The notes below the pieces were generated by a model. The model saw nothing but the letters and a program-made list of their open reading frames with translations, did no database searches and was not told the DNA's origin. The position numbers and the translations under genes are program-made. This document shows, in pieces, positions 63,202 through 64,000 of a stretch of 64,000 bases of DNA. Every line of letters begins with the position of its first letter. Within the stretch, counting starts at the first letter, position 1. Origin of the DNA: a virus; the IMG/VR virus record IMGVR_UViG_3300027708_000019; one strand, given 5' to 3'.

Positions 63202-63726
63202 ATGGCAGAAGTAAAACAATTATCACGCAGCGAACGTGAAGCATTAATTAAAGACAAGGCTGGTTGGGTAATTGTTGTATTTGCAGCATTACTTGCGATT
63301 AATACATATATGGCTGGTGGTAACAGTAGTAAAGTATTAAACAACACAATTGATGCAAATAATACTTGGGCATTTTATCAAGCAAAATCAATCAAGCAGA
63401 CTCTCGCAGAAATGAGATTAGAAGATGCTAAGGATCCTAAGAAAATTAGAGAGTTAGCAGCTAAGATTGAACGCTACGAATCTGATCCAAAAACTGGAGA
63501 AGGTAAAAAAGAATTGATGGCAAAAGCACGCCACCTCGAAGATGAGAGAGCAGTTGCTAAGTCACGTTCACCATGGTATACATACGCAGGAAGTTTGTTT
63601 CAAATTGCGATTGTATTACTAACAGCATCTATTCTTTCAGTCAAGAATAGTTTGTTTAATGCAAGTGTAGGAGTAGGCATAATTGCAGCGATATTGATGT
63701 CGCAAGCATTGTGGTTATGGATTTAA
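63202..63726 (+). CDS. DUF4337-like membrane protein
   Basis: AALLAI; WAFYQAKSIK; LFQIAIVL.ASIL. Confidence 0.75.
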   Translation: MAEVKQLSRSEREALIKDKAGWVIVVFAALLAINTYMAGGNSSKVLNNTIDANNTWAFYQAKSIKQTLAEMRLEDAKDPKKIRELAAKIERYESDPKTGEGKKELMAKARHLEDERAVAKSRSPWYTYAGSLFQIAIVLLTASILSVKNSLFNASVGVGIIAAILMSQALWLWI

Positions 63727-63744
63727 TTTTTTAAAAGGAATGAT

Positions 63745-64000
63745 ATGGATATCGAAATGAAAATCAGAAACGCGAAATATATTTGTTTGTTTATGTTAGC
63801 AGTAATAGTTGGTAGTTATGCTTTCCACGCAATGGCTTGGACTCAGCGTCAACCATTACCAGTAGCAGAATGTAAAGTACATGCACCTTACGGTTTCCCA
63901 CAAACAGGTGGTGCTACTCCAATTTGTCGTCAAGCATATTTGGTTGGTTATGATGCTGTTGCAAAATTACCAAAATTTGTAACATATGAGTTGGCTCCAA
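63745..64000 (+). CDS. DNA/RNA non-specific endonuclease with signal peptide (partial)
   Basis: Runs off the window; hydrophobic N-terminus then PYGFP...ICR.AY.VGYD...KLP.FV.YEL, typical N-terminal part of NucA-family nucleases. Confidence 0.7.
   Translation, partial: MDIEMKIRNAKYICLFMLAVIVGSYAFHAMAWTQRQPLPVAECKVHAPYGFPQTGGATPICRQAYLVGYDAVAKLPKFVTYELAP

Overview
AT-rich 64 kb segment of a T4-like myophage genome (standard genetic code, no RT/CRISPR/integrase seen). 1-40.1 kb (minus strand, T4 late TATAAATA-type promoters): fibre/virion-structural genes and the baseplate block (DUF4815-type 2756-aa protein, gp8, gp7, gp6, gp25, PAAR, gp5, hub, gp53, gp48). 40.1-46.1 kb (plus): gp4, gp2, gp54/19-like, holin-like, small terminase-like, gp26, gp51-like, probable tape measure and an oxygenase-fold gene. 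46.1-61.9 kb (minus, sigma70-type promoters): gp32, gp59, gp33, then a ~10 kb array of 26 CCA-ending tRNA genes covering all 20 amino acids, interleaved with accessory genes (2OG-Fe(II) oxygenases, thioredoxin, phosphoesterases, two GroES, a signal-less DctP, PP-loop-like proteins) and several structured non-tRNA RNAs. 62-64 kb (plus): membrane proteins and a secreted nuclease. Most striking: directly upstream of the tRNA array is a 39-codon leader ORF using all 20 amino acids and 31 different codons, whose last codons form an antiterminator against an intrinsic terminator. This looks like a 'pan-tRNA-sensing' attenuator. Also notable are a probable -1 frameshift fusing gp26 to gp51 ahead of the tape measure, a duplicated ORF-less promoter element, and ORFs whose stop codons lie inside tRNA 5' ends. 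Protein calls come from motif and synteny recognition only; no searches were run.
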